This document shows positions 59,549 through 64,000 of a DNA stretch of 64,000 bases, one piece after another. This stretch comes from an uncultured Alphaproteobacteria bacterium (lineage in GTDB: Bacteria > Pseudomonadota > Alphaproteobacteria > Rhodobacterales > Rhodobacteraceae): positions 43,510-107,509 of the forward strand of contig CAWFEG010000004.1 of the NCBI GenBank assembly GCA_963814835.1, written 5' to 3'. The first letter of the stretch is position 1; each line of letters opens with the position of its first letter. The notes under the pieces are model-generated. The model was not told the origin of the DNA and ran no database searches. It saw nothing but the letters and a program-made list of their open reading frames with translations. A program made the translations under genes and the position numbers.

Positions 59549-60616
59549 TGCGCCGCGCCGATGGAATGGTCCGGGTTCGGTCTCGATGCAAGACGGGTCT
59601 GGAAGCTGCATTCGGAGTGGCCGGATAAGCGGCTACGGATGCCGGAACCGGCGGCGGCACGACCTCCGGAAACGAGGGCTCGTAGCCAGCGAGGAGCGCG
59701 GTCACATCCTGGCGCCACTTGTCTATGACAATCCTGGCCCCTGCGAGGTTGCAGAAGTCCTCGCCCTTGAGTGGCTTTCAGCCGAGCTTCGCGTCGAGGC
59801 TCTTCCGGTAGCCTCCGTCGCAAGGGCTGCCCGGCTCGATGCAGGCGGTCCCGGTGCTCACGGCAGCGACCCACTCCCTCACCCTCTCTATCAAGAATTC
59901 CAGGCGTTGTCGGACCTCACCCGATCCGGGACGACCCGCGGGATGGACCGTCCGGTCAGCACGTCGAGGACGTCCTCCGATCGACGCGGATCGCCAGGTA
60001 TCCCGGTTGAACTCTTCAACCCGCCTGAGTACGCAAAACGCCCTTCCGTCATGGGTCCGGCACTCGATGAAGTCGATCGACCAGGCATGGTTCGGACGCT
60101 CCGCCCGGAGCCGAACGCAGGACACCTCGTCGAACCAGAGGCGCCCGTCCTTCGGTTGTCTCAAGCGAACTTCCAGCCCGTCTCCGGTATGGTCCCCGGG
60201 ACGATAACGGTCCCATGCCAAGGCACCACATCCGCTCGACCCGCTTCCCCTTCACGGCCCAGCCTGCACCACGCATCAGGATCGCGATCCGGCAATAGCC
60301 GCATCGTGCAAACTGCGACGCCCGCACGGTGATGTCCGGCTCGAGCGCCTCCTCATCAGGACGCCCGCGCGGTATCTACCGGTATACAACCGATGCTGCC
60401 CGAGCACATGGCGGGCGAGGTGTTGCGAGACGCGGAACGTCTGCCCGACATGAGGGACACAACGACGGCGGCGAACTGGGCCCGAAAGTTTCACCGCGGA
60501 CCTTCGATTTCCGACGCAGCCTCCACAGATCGGCTTCTGCCGTCGGAAGCACCCCTCATCCTCCAATTGGCTCGAAAGGCTCCTTCGGGGCGGAGGACTT
60601 TTCAGAGGGCAAGCGA
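59549..60616 (-). mobile_element. IS3-family type I, copy F (heavily decayed, orfA mostly deleted)
   Basis: RLWFDEVSCVRLRAERPNHAWSIDFIECRTHDGRAF..., REWVAAVSTGTACIEPGSP. The left inverted-repeat remnant CCCTCTGAAAAGTCCTCC overlaps the 3' end of the RND gene. Confidence 0.65.
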
Positions 60617-63600
60617 TCGACCCGGAACAGCCTCATCACGACCACGAAGAACAGCGGCACGAGCAGCACGCCGAGGAGGGTGGCCGACAGCGTCCCGCCG
60701 AGCACGCCAGACCCGATCGCATTGCGCCCCCCGGCCCCCGCGCCGGTGCTCAGCACCAGGGGCAGGACCCCCAGGGAGAACGCCATCGAGGTCATCACGA
60801 TGGGCCGGAACCGCTGCCGCGCGGCCTCGGTGACGGCGGTCAGGAGCGGCTCCCCGCCCTGCAGCCTGTCGCGCGCGAACTCCACGATCAGGATCGCGTT
60901 CTTGCCGGTCAGGCCGATCACGGTCAGCAGTCCCACCTGGAAGAAGACGCCGTTCTCGAACCCGCCCGCCCAGGCGCCGAGCAGCGCACCCAGCACGCCG
61001 ATCGGCATGGCCAGCATGACCGAAAACGGGATCGTCCAGCTCTCGTACAGCGCGGCCAGGGAGAGGAACACCGCCGCGAGGGACAACGCATAGAGGAGCG
61101 GCGCCTGGTTTCCCGAGGCCCGTTCCTCCAGCGACAATCCCGTCCAGGCAAGCGAGAACCCCTCGGGCAGCTGCCCGGCGAGCCGCTCCATCTCGGCCAT
61201 GGCCTCGCCGGTGGTGACGCCCGGCGCGGGGGACCCCTGGAGCTGCATGGCAGGAACGCCGTTGTAGCGATAGATGCCCTGCGGACCCTGGCTCCAGCCG
61301 CCGGTGGCGAAATTGGAGAAGGGGACGAGGCCGCCCGTCTCGTTGCGCACGCGCCACTCGTCGATGTCGGACGGGGTCGAACGGGATTCGGCCTCGCCCT
61401 GCACATAGACCCGCTTGATCTGGCCGCGATCGATGAAATCGTTGACGTAGGTGCCCGCCCAGGCCGTGGCGAGGAGGCTCGACACATCCGTGGCGGAGAC
61501 CCCCATCGCGCCGGCCTTGCGCCAGTCGATGTCGATGTTGAACTGCGCCGCGTCCTCCAGCCCGTTCGGCCGCGCCGAGGCGATCAGGTCGCTCTGCGCC
61601 GCCAGACCCAGAAGCTGGTTGCGCGCCTGCAGCAGTTCCTCGTGCGTCTGCCCGGCCCGTGCCTGGACGTAGAGGTCGAAGCCGGAGACGTTGCCGAGCT
61701 CGATCACCGAGGGCGGAACGACGGGGAACACCATCGCATCGCGGATTTGCGAGAAGACGGGGAAGGCGCGACCGGCAAGGGCCTGGGCGCTCTGGTCCGC
61801 GCCGGGCCGCTCGTCCCAGTCCTTCAGGCGGACGAAGGCGAGCCCCATGTTCTGCCCCGCGCCGCCGAAGCTGAAGCCGCCGACGCCGAACACGGATTCC
61901 ACGGCCTCGCTCTCGGTTTCCAGGTAGTGGTTCTCGACCTGCTCGATCACGTCCACGGTGCGGTCGAGGGTGGCGCCCGTCGGCGCCTGGACGATGGTGA
62001 AGAGGATGCCCTGGTCTTCCTCGGGCAGAAAGCCGGTGGGGGTGCGGACGAACAGGACTCCCATCACGGCCACAAGCATCAGGTAGAGGAGCCCGACCCG
62101 GAGCGGCCGCCGAACGATCCAGCCCACCGCCCCCGCATAGCCACCCAGCGTCCTGTCGAAGCCGCGGTTGAACCAGGCGAAGGGGCCGCGCCGGGCACGG
62201 TGGCTGGAGGGCTTGAGCAGCGTGGCGCAGAGCGCCGGCGTCAGGGTCAGCGCCACCACGACCGACAGTGCCATCGCCGAGACGATGGTGATCGCGAACT
62301 GCTGGTAGATCACGCCGGTCGAGCCGCCGAAGAAGGCCATCGGCACGAAGACGGCCGACAGGACCATGGCGATGCCGATCAGCGCGCCGGTGATCTGGCC
62401 CATGGACTTGCGCGTGGCCTCGCGGGGGGACAGCCCCTCCTCTTCCATCACGCGCTCGACGTTCTCCACCACCACGATGGCGTCGTCGACCAGCAGCCCG
62501 ATCGCCAGCACCATGGCCAGCATGGTGAGCGTGTTGATGGTGAACCCGGCCACGGCGAGAATCCCGAAGGTGCCGAGCAGGACCACCGGCACCGCCAATG
62601 TCGGGATGATCGTCGCGCGGAGGTTCTGCAGGAACAGCAGCATCACGAAGAAGACGAGGATGATCGCCTCGAACAGGGTCTTCACCACCTCCTCGATGGA
62701 AATCTCGACGAAGGGGCTTGTGTCGTATGGGATGACGTAATCGATCCCCTCGGGGAAGTTCCGCGCGAACTCCTCCATACGCTCCTCCACCGCCGTGGCG
62801 GTGTCGAGCGCATTGGCCCCCGACGCGAGGCTGATCGCCATGCCGGCGGCCGGGTTGCCGTTGTAGCGCGATTCGTAGGCGTAGCTCTCGGCGCCGATCT
62901 CCACGCGCGCCACGTCGCCCAGAAGGACCAGCCCGCCGCCGGTCTCGGCGCGCAGGACGATCTGGCGGAAGTCGTCGGGCGTCTGCAGCAGCGATTGCGC
63001 GGTGATCGTCGCGTTCAGTTGCTGGCCCGCCTCGGCGGGCCGGGTGCCGAAGGCGCCGGCCGAGATCTGGGCGTTCTCCTCCGACACCGCGGCGACGACA
63101 TCGGCCGCCGTCAGGCCGTAGGCGGCCAGCTTCGAAGGGTCGAGCCAGATGCGCATCGCGTAAGGCGCGCCGAAGACCTGAACGTCGCCGACCCCGTCGA
63201 TCCGGCTGATGTCGTCGCGCAGGTTCGAGACGAGGTAGTCAGACAGGTCGGCCTGGTCGTAGCTGCCGTCGGGCGAGATCAGCGAGACGACCTGCAGGAA
63301 GCCCGAGGACGACTTGCGGACCGTCACGCCCTGCCGCTGCACCGGCTCGGGCAGGAGCGCGCTGGCCTGGCTGATCTTGTTCTGCACCTGGACCTGGGCG
63401 ATGTCGGGATCGGTCCCGGTCTCGAAGGTCAGGGTGATCTGGGTCGAGCCGGCCGAGGAGGAGGTCGAGGAGAAGTAGCGCAGCCCGTCGAGGCCGGTCA
63501 TCTGCTCTTCGAGGACCTGCGTCACCGTGTTGGCCACTGTCTGCGCGGAGGCGCCGGGATAGGTCGCGCTGACCTCGACCGTGGGCGGCGCGATCTGCGG

Positions 63601-63705
63601 ATACTGCGCGATCGGCAGGACGCGGATGGCCAGCAATCCGATCCCCATGATGAGGATCGAGATCACCCAGGCGAAGACGGGTCGGTCGATGAAGAAGCGG
63701 GCCAT
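60556..63705 (-). CDS. RND multidrug efflux permease (AcrB/MexB-type, HAE1 family)
   Basis: 1049 aa. [57 protein letters not shown]..., colinear with AcrB throughout. About the last 19 codons are IS-derived. Confidence 0.9.
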   Translation of the reverse strand: MARFFIDRPVFAWVISILIMGIGLLAIRVLPIAQYPQIAPPTVEVSATYPGASAQTVANTVTQVLEEQMTGLDGLRYFSSTSSSAGSTQITLTFETGTDPDIAQVQVQNKISQASALLPEPVQRQGVTVRKSSSGFLQVVSLISPDGSYDQADLSDYLVSNLRDDISRIDGVGDVQVFGAPYAMRIWLDPSKLAAYGLTAADVVAAVSEENAQISAGAFGTRPAEAGQQLNATITAQSLLQTPDDFRQIVLRAETGGGLVLLGDVARVEIGAESYAYESRYNGNPAAGMAISLASGANALDTATAVEERMEEFARNFPEGIDYVIPYDTSPFVEISIEEVVKTLFEAIILVFFVMLLFLQNLRATIIPTLAVPVVLLGTFGILAVAGFTINTLTMLAMVLAIGLLVDDAIVVVENVERVMEEEGLSPREATRKSMGQITGALIGIAMVLSAVFVPMAFFGGSTGVIYQQFAITIVSAMALSVVVALTLTPALCATLLKPSSHRARRGPFAWFNRGFDRTLGGYAGAVGWIVRRPLRVGLLYLMLVAVMGVLFVRTPTGFLPEEDQGILFTIVQAPTGATLDRTVDVIEQVENHYLETESEAVESVFGVGGFSFGGAGQNMGLAFVRLKDWDERPGADQSAQALAGRAFPVFSQIRDAMVFPVVPPSVIELGNVSGFDLYVQARAGQTHEELLQARNQLLGLAAQSDLIASARPNGLEDAAQFNIDIDWRKAGAMGVSATDVSSLLATAWAGTYVNDFIDRGQIKRVYVQGEAESRSTPSDIDEWRVRNETGGLVPFSNFATGGWSQGPQGIYRYNGVPAMQLQGSPAPGVTTGEAMAEMERLAGQLPEGFSLAWTGLSLEERASGNQAPLLYALSLAAVFLSLAALYESWTIPFSVMLAMPIGVLGALLGAWAGGFENGVFFQVGLLTVIGLTGKNAILIVEFARDRLQGGEPLLTAVTEAARQRFRPIVMTSMAFSLGVLPLVLSTGAGAGGRNAIGSGVLGGTLSATLLGVLLVPLFFVVVMRLFRVDRLPSEKSSAPKEPFEPIGG

Positions 63706-64000
63706 TACTCCGCTCCGGTCCCGGCCGAAGACGCGGCTCCGGGCCCGGCATCCGCCAGGTCCCGATCGTCGCCATCCGCATTCTCGCCGCGCTCCTCGGG
63801 CACGACGGTCGCCCCGGGCGCCACCTTCTGCAGCCCGGCGACGATCACGCGGTCGCCCGGGTTCAGCCCCTCGCTGACGATCCAGTCCGATCCGCGGTCT
63901 TTCAGGATCGTCAGATCGCGCTGTTCGACCACGTTGTCGCCGTTGACCACCAGGGCCGTCGGATTGCCCCGTCGGTCACGCGATACGCCTTCCTGCGGAA
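63705..64000 (-). CDS. RND periplasmic adaptor (membrane fusion protein), C-terminal part; gene continues beyond the window
   Basis: ...[53 protein letters not shown]. The stop overlaps the RND permease start (ATGA). Confidence 0.75.
   Translation of the reverse strand, partial: PQEGVSRDRRGNPTALVVNGDNVVEQRDLTILKDRGSDWIVSEGLNPGDRVIVAGLQKVAPGATVVPEERGENADGDDRDLADAGPGAASSAGTGAE

Noticed and set aside
18420-60616. Kilobase-scale repeated blocks (18420-19804 / 28400-29844 / 54621-55939; 21452-22771 / 57462-58781; 34590-35110 / 55940-56459), checked as possible CRISPR arrays, segmental duplications of cellular genes, or rRNA.
   Set aside because: All are IS copies with transposase remnants and terminal inverted repeats. 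There is no short repeat-spacer periodicity and no rRNA- or tRNA-like sequence anywhere in the window.

Overview
GC-rich, alphaproteobacterial-looking (Rhodobacterales-like) accessory region: a field of insertion-sequence remnants surrounding a few intact operons. No rRNA, tRNA or CRISPR array was seen.

Intact modules:
- yceI plus the start of a cytochrome b561 gene (1-631)
- urea ABC transporter urtABCDE (3912-9877, minus strand)
- orphan sugar-binding protein plus FucP-type MFS permease (15489-17842)
- priming polyprenyl-phosphate sugar transferase (19885-21354)
- secreted amidohydrolase (26477-28285)
- TauD-type dioxygenase and DUF421 protein (31399-33290)
- DrrAB-like ABC-2 exporter (35163-36967)
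- glycosyltransferase / ExoF-like polysaccharide locus (44250-52015)
- AcrAB-type RND pump (60556-64000)

Between these lie more than 20 complete, nested, truncated or frameshifted IS copies: two IS3 types, several IS5 types, two IS256 types, IS481, IS1182, IS110 and IS66. There are also decayed resolvase, integrase, Mob relaxase, HNH and VapC genes.

Main observation: two related families of tiny GC-rich palindromic insertions sit inside the transposase genes of at least seven unrelated IS copies, in both orientations.
- Type 1 is 36-41 nt with core GCCATYGGTCCGRG.
- Type 2 is built around GTCGACGTATACGTCGAC.
- They are often the lesion that breaks the ORF, and deleting them precisely restores the reading frame.
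- Paralogous copies within the window provide filled-versus-empty sites.
- I saw none in the intact cellular genes.

All calls rest on reading the translations and the DNA by eye. No database search was run.
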